DNA from: Cyanophora paradoxa CCMP329 | Taxonomy: Eukaryota; Plantae; Glaucophyta | Direction of reading: 5' to 3' | DNA: 64,000 nt | NCBI GenBank assembly: GCA_004431415.1 | Contig: QPMI01000533.1 | Coordinates: 186,001 to 250,000, forward strand | Shown: piece after piece, positions 1-11,240 of the stretch | Position numbering within the stretch: the stretch's first letter is position 1 | Layout: every line of letters starts with the position of its first letter | Translations under genes and position numbers: made by a program | Notes under the pieces: generated by a model | Database searches by the model: none | Told to the model about the DNA's origin: nothing | The model's input: only the letters and a program-made list of their open reading frames with translations

Positions 1-103
1 TCTTGAATATAGATCTAGATCTAGATCTTGGCCCCGGGGGCGCTGCCCCTGGTTATGACTGAAGGCCCGGCATTTGCCTCCGGCCCCGGCCCCGACCTCG
101 CAG

Positions 104-700
104 GCGCTGACGGCGAACGTGCTGAGCGCGAGCCGCGAGGAGTGCGCCGCCGCCGGAATGGACGGCTTCCTCGCAAAGTGAGCGCCGCTTGAACATAAAC
201 TTTAACTGTCTCTCCTCCTTCCGAATTCCGTCTATAAGAAGAATATCCTATAGCTAATTATAAGAGAGTGAGAAGTCTACCGAATTGAATCTCAGTTTCA
301 TAGAATCTAGATCTAGAGTTTGACGCCGCCGCTGGCATGCATATGGGACGGCTTCATATCAAAGTGGGCTCCGCCCTAATTTGAATCGTGTTTATTTTCG
401 CCTTCGATCTATAGCTATTCGAATTCGAAACATAGTTTCATAGAATCTAGATCCAGAGTCTGCAGCGGGCCGGGCCGAGGCCGGGGCCGGGATCCGGACT
501 CGACATCACTCGCGTCGCTCAGCGTCGCGGGCGCTGACGCACGCGGCAGGCCCGTGCGGAAGGGGCAGTTGGAGGAGGTCGCGCGGCGCTTCTCCGGAGG
601 GCGCGGGGGCGAGCGCCCGTCCCCAGCGGTCGCGGCCGCGGTCGCAGCCGCGGCCGACGGCCCGGATAGCGACATCAGAAGGGTGTCCCCCGGGCCATGA
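104..700 (+). CDS. 3' exons of a response-regulator receiver-domain protein (probable hybrid histidine kinase); 5' part upstream of the window
   Basis: Splicing exon 104-177 to exon 550-700 (GT..CTGAC..AG intron) gives ALTANVLSASREECAAAGMDGFLAK|PVRKGQLEEVARRF..., the ALTAN...GMDxxLxKP receiver motif. Stop TGA at 698-700. Confidence 0.85.
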
Positions 701-944
701 TTGCAAGGGGGGAAGGGGACCCCCTTGCTTCCCGTTCCCTCGCTTCAGCCAAAAAGTTTTCTATGAGGCCGTTTTCGAGGTCCAGTTTGCAACAAAAATG
801 TGCCGAAATTGGGTTGCGACACGTGTTTGTCGCTGCGGCCGTCCATGCAAAAAGGGGTTTTCGAGGGCGAAGACCAGTACTAGTTGTCTCTCGCCTTGAA
901 GCCTGGAAACCAACTTCTCTGTCATTCCGGTCTTCGAATTCCTT

Positions 945-1100
945 GCGCGGTTCTGCATGGAACCAGTTCTCCCTATAGCTAGCTGTCTCCTCTAGATTTC
1001 GGCTTCCTCACAGTGCGTCGCGTACGCCTTGCTCTTCGTTGCGCGGTTCTGCATGGAACCACTTCTCCCTAGCTGTCTTGCTCGATCTCCTCTAGATTTC
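945..1100. repeat. Imperfect ~56-bp direct repeat (two copies)
   Basis: gcgcggttctgcatggaacca(g/c)ttctccct...ctctagatttc occurs at ~945-1000 and ~1041-1100. Confidence 0.8.
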
Positions 1101-2507
1101 CCCTTAAATTACTCGCACTGCGCCGCGTACGCTGCATGGTACCCGTGCCGCCTGGACTAGTTGTCACTGCATCAAGCTTGCACCGAAGCACCGACGCACG
1201 CGCGCGCAGCCCGTGGGCCGGTGTGGCGCGTACACTGGGGCTTAAGAAAGTCTGGGGGAAACATGCACGTGTTTCCCGGCCAGCCGGGAAACACGCGCCA
1301 GTTTCCCGGGAGGTGGGAAACAGAGCTGCAACCTGCCAGGCTGGTCGTGAGGCGAGTCAGCAGCGCGGGGGCGCAGCGCTGTGCCACTGCGTACGCAGAC
1401 CTTAGCTACATAGCTGATGACGGCGCTGCAAAGAGCCGATGGCCAGATTGACCCGGTTGGCCATGTGCTGCTGTGCCCGGGTTCGTCAAGAAAACGAGCG
1501 CGCGCTACCAAAGCGTGCGGTTCAAAGTTGCTTACAGCTCATTTGGAGACGTTCTAGGTGGTTAAAACATGTGCTTTGGGGTCGGCGTGGTCCACCGATC
1601 AAATGTCGGGCTGAGCCCGGAACGCATCGCTGGCGCGCCATTCTGCTGCAGATGTGCTTTGATGTGATCAATAAAGCAAATTGGAGACCCGCGGCTCACG
1701 CCGGAGAGCGATCGCTGTTACGTGCTGGCCGGGAAACACCAGGTGGGAAACGCGGGCGAGTTGCATGGCTTGGCCAACTACGTCATCTTCGCGATCGAAG
1801 GCCGCGTGCTGCTCCGCGGGGGCCGTGGGTGCAGCCTCTGCTCGCCGTCGACGTCGCACCGCTAGCGCTGCGCCGACCTCGTTGGCGCCCCGGCAGCTGT
1901 CCGACGGTCCCTCGGCGCCGGGCGGCCGAAACCCTCGAGTGTCGCCTCGGACCCGCGCTTGGCCGCCTCCGCCGCTCTTGCGAGCTGACCAGCTCTTGCG
2001 AGCTCGAGCGCATCAGCGGCAAACCGATCGCGAGCCGCCAAAGTGCGGATAACAAAGAGCGGAGCGTGTGCAGCTGCAGCGCCTGAACAGAGAGCAAGCG
2101 AGTTCATTGCTAGATCCCGATTTCCCCCTTGCACTCCCGGCGCGAGAATCGCGGCCGGGCCCCTAGTTAAAAATACATAAGCAGCCGGCGTCTGCGCGCC
2201 AGTTTCAAGATTTGATCCCTGCTCAGCCTCCGCCCGGTCGACATCGCGATCGAGCCCGCGGCGAGCCGGTTACGTGTAACTCGCATGCCCTAGGCCCCTA
2301 CCACTGGCAAGGCTGCGCCGATACCACTCGCCCCGGCCCTCCCCTAGGCCTAGGCCTTGGTCTAAATTAATATTGTCTTGCTCTGCATTCTTCGAATTCA
2401 CCACATTAATATTCCACATTCCACATTCCAGATGGCCACGAGGGCCTGAGATCGGCCCCGGCGACGGCGGTGGGAGGGGGTGGGGGTGGGGTGGAGAGGG
2501 GGGGGGG

Positions 2508-2544
<37 letters not shown>

Positions 2545-3119
2545 ATTGTGTCTCCCATCTCGCTCGAGTGAGCGCCTGGCCATGGGGCCCGGGCGGGCGC
2601 AGCCGGCGAGTGTGCGCGGCGATGCTGGCGCGCGCCTCGCCGAAGCGTTCCCCCCCGTTCCCCCCCGTTCCCCCCCCCCCCCCTCTCCACCCCACCCCGA
2701 GCTCTGGCCATGGCTCTTTAAGCGATTGATATTCGACTCTTTGGCCTCCCGGCCTGCAGTCCTGGTCCTTGGCCTGCTGCGCTAGCGCTTCGAATTAACT
2801 TCGAATTCGGGACCCGCCCGCGGCCGCGGCCGCGGCCCGGCCCCACCCTCCTGCACTCCCGCTCCCAGGGCCAGCCCCGGCCCGGGGCCCGCCCCACGCG
2901 CGCCCCCTCTCGGGACCTGTCGACGTCTCCACTCCTAGCCTAAGCCCCTCTAGATCTCCACCTCGAGCCGACCCGCTCCGCCTTGAGCTATAGCTATAGC
3001 GCTAGCTTTCCACCCCGCTCCCTGCCTCCTTTCTCCCCTCGCAGCCTCGCTCTCTCCTCCCTCCATTCCCCCTTCAGGTCCACCTCTCCCTACATACCCG
3101 ATCTACCGCTACCCCCGCG

Positions 3120-3150
<31 letters not shown>

Positions 3151-5635
3151 ACTGCAACCTCATGATCACGACCGCAACCACCTCCCCCTCCATATCCACC
3201 CACCCGCATCTGTACCTTCGTGGCCCGCACCTACTTGTAGCTACTGCCCCCCCCCCCCCCCCCGCCCGCTCGCCCCCCCCTCCCTCCCCCCCGCCCCCCC
3301 CTTCCCCCCCCCGGCCCATGCATATATATATATGGCCACCCACCCACCCCCCGGCCCACCCCCCGGCCCCCCCCGGCCCCCCCCGGCCCCATCCTTCCGA
3401 AAGTTCCCCCCTCCTTCCTCCAACCCCCTCCCCGGCCCCCCATTTGCATGGGCCACCCCCAATCCCCCGCCCACCTTTCTCAGTCCACCTTCCACTCGCT
3501 TTCATTCAAGCGGTCGCGGAGCTCGAGGTCGCTCAAGTGCACGTGCGCGTGCGCGCGCGCCCGTGGCAGATGCCGCGGCCGGTGATGGGCGGCCTCTCTG
3601 CGCGCCACATGCGTACGTATACACGCGCCATGCGCGCCCTGATCATGATCCGACCCCGACCTGCATCTGGCCCTCTATAGCTATAGCTAGATCCGACTGG
3701 ATCGGGGCCGGCGCGCCGCCGGGCCGGTCGCGAATTGCGAGTTTCGCAATTCTGTTCCTCGCAAGCAGCACCAACAGACTGTGAGCTGTTGCTGCTGTCG
3801 TCTCGTGTCCCTGTGTCTGTTAGCTCTAGTGCGATTAATGCTTCTTCGGCTAGATAGTTGATCGGTCGGAAGGGAACGTCATGTACATGTAGAACATTGA
3901 TGCATGTGCCGTACGTGGTGTATCAATGCGACGTCCGCTTTTGCAAAAAATCTAGTGCGATTAATGCTGTCGTGTCTTTGAACTCTAGATCTGGATCTTC
4001 GACTGTACATGTATACGTATACGTAGTTCCTCGTGCTCGTTCTCCTTATTTACTGCGCGGCGTCCCCGTGCTCCTCGTCTTTAATTTCGACTGTACATGT
4101 GACTCAGTGCACGTGACTGCTGCGTCGACGTCCTTGAGTTCGAATTCTCTTCTACTGCTTCTCTCCTCGTGCTCGTGCCGAATTCGCAAAGTTCTCCTTA
4201 TCCTTTGCGTTCTTAAGCTTACGATCGTAGACCTTATTTCGATCCCTCTTCACTATCTCTCTTGCGATTAATATTGTCTGCTATCTCTTCAATTACGTAT
4301 ACTACCTACGGGGGGGCCCGGGGGGAGGGGGGGCGGGGGGGGGGAGGGGTGGGGGGGGGGGGGCGGGGTTCGCCCCACCGTAGTCTCTAACTAGCTATAT
4401 AGTAAAACAAAACCAGACTGAGAACAGTTAGAAGAAGTTGCGAGAACAGTTAGATAAGACACTGAGTGCACGTGACGTGCCTGATCAATATCCGATGATC
4501 ATGGTCCGATGATCATCGCGATTGGATCATGATCATGAGATCGAAAAGGCTCTAGATCTGAGCCTCGGAGGTTGCATGAGAAAAGGTTGCAATTGGTATC
4601 AACTTACTATCATGATCATGCTATCATGACCACCCATTAATTAAAGCACGCGAAAGACCTCGCAGGCTAGACAGATCCGATCGATCTAGACTCTATAGCT
4701 ATAGTATAGACTCTAGAGTCGCAGCCTCGCAGGCTCGCAGCCGCTGAGCCTCGCCGAGTCGACGCCGACTCGACGCCGAGTCGATCGCGAGGCTCGCCGC
4801 TCGACTCGCGGGAGTCGCGGCTCGAGCCGCTGAGCTCGAGGCTCAGCGGCCCCATATGCATGCGCATGGCCCATATGCATGCCAGGCCCTCGAGCTCGCC
4901 GGCGACTCCGCCGGGCCGAGGGCTCGGCGGCGAGTACTAGTCGCCGACTCGCCGCGAGGCCCGCGAACCCTCGCCGGGCCCTCGGGCGGGAGTCGGGCGG
5001 CTCGGGCCTCAGCGGCTCATGATCAGCCTCGAGCTCGCATTGCCTCGCAAGTGCACGTACGCGTGTGCCACCGTGGCACGTGCCGCAGTCCCTGAGTGCT
5101 TCTGCAGCTGCCGGGCCGGTCCCCGGGCCCGGCAGGGCGGGTCCCCGGGCCGGATCCGGAATCCCGCCCGGGGGCCGCCGGCGCGCCGCCGGGCCGCCGG
5201 CCGGGCCGGGCCGGCGCCGCCCCGCGGGCCCCCCGGGCCCCGGCCCGCCGCGCCGGATCGGAGCTGCGGTCAGAGCGCCGGTCACGGGTCATCGATACTA
5301 GTATCGATCATGATCATGACTCATGATCATGAGTCATGACTCATGAGTCTTGATTTCAATATTCGAACCTCACAATGGTTCACTCCGACATGAGATCGAT
5401 CATGAATCATGATTCATGAAGCTATCATGATGGGTCGCGCCTCTACAAGCCATGATGGGTCGGACCCAGTCGGTTCAGCTCGCGATCGGTTGCAAGTTGG
5501 GGCCAAGCACTTAAGCTTCAAGCTTGCGAATCGTCTCATCAGCGTCGATTCAGCGGTACCCATCGAATAAGTGTGGCCCTAGCTATAGTGAGCAATTGCA
5601 AGTTGCAACCATCGCCGTAGCAGCAAGCGGCAAGA

Positions 5636-6745
5636 TGCCGGGCAACAGGACGGAGGAGAGCCGCCCCAGGGTCAGCCTGGACCACACCAGCAAGCGCCAG
5701 AGGCAGAGCCCGCAGCGTCCGTTCGATTGCTGGCCGGGCGGGCGTGCTCCGTGCTGACCACGCGTCGTGCAGTGCCTGCGGTGGCCCCTATGCAACCCGG
5801 TCCTTCGGCGTTGACGCCCCCGGGAGTCGGCGCCGATCTCCTTCCTCCAGAGCTTCTCGCGCTGATTCTAGACTACCTCACCCCGGAAGAGCGGCGCACC
5901 AACGCTGCGCTGGTGATCTCGCAAGACTAGTACTGTTCACAATGCCAGCCGCTGATCCGGCGCAGGTCTGCCGTTCGTGGGCCATCGTTGCCCTCGACCC
6001 GACTCGGTCCAAGACCAGCGATCCTCTCACGCTCCGCCTCCGCCTCCCGTCACACTGGAGTCGCCGGGATGACCTCGACCAGAGCGATCTCATGTCGGGT
6101 CTGGAGCGCCTCGTTCGCGTCCGATACGGCGGGCGCGTCCGGACCCTGCACATCACCCGCTGGGAGCTCTCCGGCAGTGGCGAGCAGGAGGTTCAGATCT
6201 TCTCTGGGGCCCTCTCGCTCTTTCCGCGGCTGGATCGGCTGTACCTCTACAACAGCTTCGTGCGCAGCCGCCCGCGGCCCGCCGTTCACATGCGTGCCCG
6301 CTGACGCCCGCGCAGAAGGGCTACCCGGTGCGGGGCGCGCGGCGGCCGCTTGAGCGGCGCTGACTTTCGCCGAGCAGAAGCAGGACCACATCCTCCAGCT
6401 CGTCAGCTGCTACTGCCCGGCTCTTCGGTACCTGCAGTGGTCCGTGTTTCTCTCGTTCCCGGAGAGACTCCCGCGCCGCGGGGCGCCGCCCTCACCGCCA
6501 CTGCAGGTCCGTGCTCCTCTACAACCCCAAGAACATGCCCCACGGCGTCGTTCTCCCCACGGTCCGCCCCTGGATTCGACCCCCGCCCCCGAAATCTTAG
6601 GGCCCGGGCCGGATTCGAACCCGCGTCCGGCGCACAGGTGACGGAGGTCCGGGCGAGCCAGGTCCTGTCCCCGGCCGTGGCCCAGGACGTCACTATACAG
6701 CAACTCTTGGAGGTCTTTCCCGGCCTCGCCCTCCTCAAATCCTAG
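5636..6745 (+). CDS. F-box protein (spliced), possible LRR-like C-terminus
   Basis: Spliced translation DLLPPELLALILDYLTPEERRTNAAL|VCRSWAIVALDP is an F-box motif, followed by FPRLDRLYL-type segments. Short introns carry CTGAY branch points. Start is uncertain. Confidence 0.75.
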
Positions 6746-7325
6746 CCGGATTCCTGTACTCCCCCCCCTTCCCCTCCCTCTCCAGTACAGGGCGGTCTAT
6801 CCTCCTCCGCCCCGCCCCCTTCTCGTCCGCTTTCCCGCCCCCGCATCGACCCCCTGCACCTGCATTCGTCGCGCCATCCGCAACTCCGCTTGCGTTTGAT
6901 CACGAGTAGCGGTTTTCTAGTACATTAGCTCGTATCTGTAGCTCCCCGTTGCAATTGTATGCTGCATCGTTTGCATTCACTCATGAGTAGGCCGCCCTGC
7001 TCCATCCTTCACTTTTGCATTCACTCCCTCACTTGAGCTCGGCTCCGATCCGCTGCATTTGCGGCCGGCGCGCGCCCCTCCCGCGTGCACGGGATCCGGA
7101 GCTATATCTCCCCCCCCCCCCCCCCCCCCCCCCCTCCTCATCCTCATGATCACGCGCACGTGAACCGTTCCTTGGGGCTCCTGTCTCAATTTTGATCAAG
7201 CCACCTCGTCCCGCCGCATGCGCAGCCACGTGCACCGGGCGCAGCGGCAGAGAAGGGGAATTCAAATTATGCAAGTTCGGGAAGCTGGCCAGGGAGGGCG
7301 GCCGGCGGCCGGTGGGGGCGCGCCC

Positions 7326-7958
7326 TCATCGGTGCACTACGTTCGCGTTGTCCTCTGCGCGGGCGCCGCGTGGGCGCGGGAAAGGAGAGCGAAGCGGGGC
7401 GGGGCGCACGGTCGAGGGCGGCGGCGAGGCCCGGGTTCTCCTTCTTCTTGTAGGAGGCGCGCAGCTCGTCGCGGGTCATAATCTTCATCGGCCGCGGCGG
7501 CTTCGGCTCCGCCGGCGCCATGCCGGGCAGGCCCGCGATGACATCGAGCGGGACGTCGGCCCTCGGGTTGCCGACCTTCCTCGGGGGCTCCGGCAGGATG
7601 CCCGCGCGCCACAGCAGCCGCGCCACCGTGTCGCTCGGCTGCGCGCCGACCGAGAGCCAGTACTGCGGGCGCCGCCAGGTGAGCGTCGGCTTCGGCGTGC
7701 GGCGGAGCGGCGTCGGGCGCCGGGCGGCGTCGGGCGCGGCGCGCGGCGATCTAGAGGCAATCATTTGCGTCGCACCTTGACCCTGTCCGTCTCCAGCACG
7801 AGCTCCTTCTCGCCTGTCTTCCGGTTCGGCAGCGGGTCGTAGGTGCCTACGTTCTCGATGAACTTCTTCTGCACGAAGCGCCGCGAGTCCGCAACGTGGA
7901 TGCGGTAGAAGGGCCGATCCTTGTGCCCGAAGCGGGCCAGCCTGATCCTGACCACCAT
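7326..7958 (-). CDS. rps16: Nuclear-encoded organellar (probably mitochondrial) ribosomal protein S16, 3 exons
   Basis: [26 protein letters not shown]...IENVGTYDP...ETDRVK|[17 protein letters not shown] is the bS16 signature. Intron 1 is 7775-7663 and intron 2 starts at 7409. Stop at 7326-7328. Confidence 0.93.
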
Positions 7959-8884
7959 TCTGCGAGCTGGCCGCCGCCGGCGCTCTGTCTGTAAAGGATT
8001 CCGAACGGCGAGGATCGTCCGCAGCTCCCGGTGCTCGCGGCGTGCGTCTGGCGGGCTCCCTTCGAAGAAGGCGTGTGTGTGTGTGCTCCGGTACCGGGGT
8101 ACCGGTTTTACGTCGGCCCCCTCGTCCAGAACCCCGGGCTAGCGCTTCCGCCCAGGCCTCTAGATCTACAGCATGAAAGCTGTAGAGGAGGACACTCCCC
8201 AACTATATAGGGAGCAGGGACAGACGGGCCGGGGTGAAGAGCGTCTCACCTATATATAGCTATATATATATGCGGCATGAGCACTGCAGCTGGCATGCAT
8301 ATGCGCAGTACTCCGTACTTCAGCAGGGCTTCCGTCGCGCTGTGAGCGAGTCGAAGAGCAACATCTGCATGCGCAGGCCTAGGGGGGGAAGACCAGCATT
8401 CATGTGCGTTCGGGTTCGGTGCCGGCCGCGGGAGCCGCTGCCAGGCTGATCATGAGCTCGAGTCGCTGCCATGGCCAGCGCTAGCATCGCGATCGCGATC
8501 GGCCGCGGGGGCACCGGGCATGCGTCTTAAGCTTGCGCTGCTCCGAGTCTTCCTCCAGTGCTCTCTTTCTCTTTGTGGTTGGCTTCCGTCGCTGCGCTCG
8601 AGGTGCGCTGAGCTCCTGGTCGACGTCATGGTCATGATCTGGCGGCGGCCCGGGACCGAAGCTCGCGGTCGAAGGAGCAGTATATATATATATATATATT
8701 AATTTCAGCATCGGTATCGGTTGCCTGCGCTTGCCCATGCGCAGCGGCGCCGGCACCGGCGGATCCAGAGCTGGAGCTGGCGAGTGCGTCTACCGAATCG
8801 TCCGACGTGTGCGTCCCTTCGAATTCGATCGAAGAAGGCGAGTCTTAAGCTTAGGCGACGATTTCCTGGGTACAACACACAAAG

Positions 8885-10690
8885 ATGTTGGGCTTCGTGT
8901 CTGCTCCCCTGCGGCCGGTTCGCGGCGTTTTCGCAGCGGAGGCTCTTGAAGTTGCAGCGCACAGGGTGGACGCGTACGGCGGCGGGCCGAATGGCGAAGG
9001 ACGGCCAGCGGGCAGCGCACGCGGGCGGCACGGCGCCAGGAGGCATGGCGCAGCGGTGGGTGCTCGCGGGATTGCATGGGACGGCTGGCGTCACCGCCCC
9101 ACGCGGCCGCAGCCGCGTTCCTTCCACCCCACGGCTAGGATGAATGACAAGCCGGCCGAGCCGCCGCGGCCGGTGGAGGTGCGGGTGCTCGCCGACCAGC
9201 TCCGGCGGACGATCAGCGAGGAGGACGTCGGGGAGCTGCTCAGCAAGACCCCCGCTTCGTACAGCGAGGAGGACGAGGGCGACCTCGCCGCGGCGCACAA
9301 GCTCTACGACCTCGCCGACAGATTGGAGGCGATGGCTTACGACCTTGATCAGTCGCGGGAGTACATCCGCGAGTACAGCCCGACGCAGGTCCGCGCGCGC
9401 TTGGCCGACGGCAATGCATGCATGGCCGACGGCAATGGATTCATGGCCGATCGGCCGCCGCCCCTCGCCGCCGGCCGCCGCCGCCGCCGACGCGCGCGCC
9501 TCAGATCGCGGAGATGCCGGACGAGGTGAAGGAAGACGTGGAGGCCGCCATCGCGGCGACCGAGGAAGCGCGGGACCGGCTCCGGAGCCTCGCCGAGGGT
9601 CCGTTCCCTGGCTCGCTCGGGCCGGGCCGCGCCGGCTTCGCCGCTGACGCCGCGCGGCAGAGCTTCGCACGCGCGCGTCGAATGTGTACGAGCGCGCGCA
9701 CGCGCACGCGCACAGAGACCGCGAGTGGGGGTACGCCGCCCCGCCCCGCCCCGCCCCGCCCGCGGCCCCGCTCCGCCTCCTGAAAGATAGGAACGAGATC
9801 GATAGTCTACCGCCCTCCCTGTCCCCCATCGCCTCCTAACGATCTGCCGGTCGGTCCGGTCGCCTCCGCAGCTGGGAGGACGAGGGGGAACCCGAGGAGG
9901 ACGCGGACGAGGACGAGGACGAGGAGGAGGAGGACGAGGAGGAGGATGTACCCCCCGAGCCGGCGCCCGCGAGGGCCTCCCTTCTCCAGCGCGTCGTCGA
10001 CGCGGAGCAGGAGGCCGAGGCCGAGATCAAGGTACCCCCGCGCTTCTTCCCCCCTCGCTCCATCCCCCCCCCCCCCGATTCGAGCGCCCTTCGTTCGCGC
10101 AGGAGGCGATCCACGACGCCGTTCAGACGGGCGTGGAGATCCTCCACACCCTCGGTACCCTTGCCGTACCCCCTGTACCCCCTGAAGTACCCCTGCACCC
10201 CCTGAAGCTCCCGCACCCCCCAGGGACCACGGCTTTCATCGAGGAGTCGGTGATGGGCGGCCACTCGGACCTAGCGGAGCCCCTTGAGGACGAGGCGCGG
10301 CCCCTGGGAGCTCGTACCCCGGTCCCGATCCTAAAAATAGCACCGCAGGTCGTCGAGAAGTCCCAGCAGCTTGCCGAAGGCTTCCACGTTCCCGTACCCG
10401 GGCCCAGCCGCCGCAGCTCCGTCGTGGAGCGGTGCGGCGTACCCCCTTTCCTCCCGCCCTCCCCCCTCCGTACCCCCCACCCTTTCTGACGTTCGCGCGG
10501 CAGGCGCGCAGCGGGCCGAGGGCTCATCGGCGGTGCTTTTCCCCTGCAGCTGCTTGGCGTCTTTGTGTACCCGGTCTGACGTCGAGGGGGGGGGGGGTAC
10601 CCGCTCACAGAGGACCCGGTCGCGGACGGAGAGGATGCCGCGGAGGAGAACGGCGGGGCCGGGAGGCGGGGGCGGCGCCCGCGGGAGTGA
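8885..10690 (+). CDS. Multi-exon acidic, coiled-coil-like hypothetical protein, possibly with an organelle transit peptide
   Basis: Codon-biased exons (LADRLEAMAYDLDQSREYIREY|IAEMPDEVKEDVEAAIAATEEARDRLRSLAE..., D/E tract ~9880-9947) are separated by GT-AG introns. N-terminus is MLGFVSAPLRP. Confidence 0.55.
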
Positions 10691-11240
10691 GTGGTCGCGG
10701 CGCGCTCCCCCACGGAGCCGCCGAGCCTCTTTGCTCTAGCCTAGACCTGCCGGTGGCGGCGTCTTTTGCGTGCACACGTCCTATCGAGAGCCAGAGAGCG
10801 CCCTCGCAGCGAGGGGCGCGCTCTCCGCGTCGACGGGGCGCATATGCATGTAGCTTTCCCGTATGTTACGCTAGCGCTTATTTCACCCTGCAGGCTGCAG
10901 CTGAGCGGCCCCCCCTCAACGGCTCGCTTAGTGTGTTTTTGAGAACGTAGTGTACAGCGCAGGACTCACGTGCACAATAATATTACTGAAGCTTCTTCAG
11001 TTCGAATTCATGGGGTACATGGGCTTGATGGTGCCGCTCAGGCGAACGCGTGGATCCGGAGCAACATCCACCGCCTGGCCCATTAGTGGGCCATCGCGTT
11101 AGTTGCGTCATCGGCACAGGCCCTGAGGCGCACGCGCGCGAGAGGCCCAGCCTAGTCATTGAATTGAGCCTGCCAGCGGAGCCTCGGAGCAGCGACGGAG
11201 CCTCTTCTGATATCAGCGGAGCAGCGGAGATCTGATATCA

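Noticed and set aside
2475-4370. Long poly-G/poly-C tracts encoding apparent poly-Pro/Gly proteins
   Set aside because: Low-complexity intergenic DNA. Homopolymer lengths are unreliable and there is no codon or splice support.
6600-6690. Minus-strand GGGTTCGAATCC tRNA-like motif
   Set aside because: It overlaps the F-box intron/exon and forms no convincing cloverleaf.
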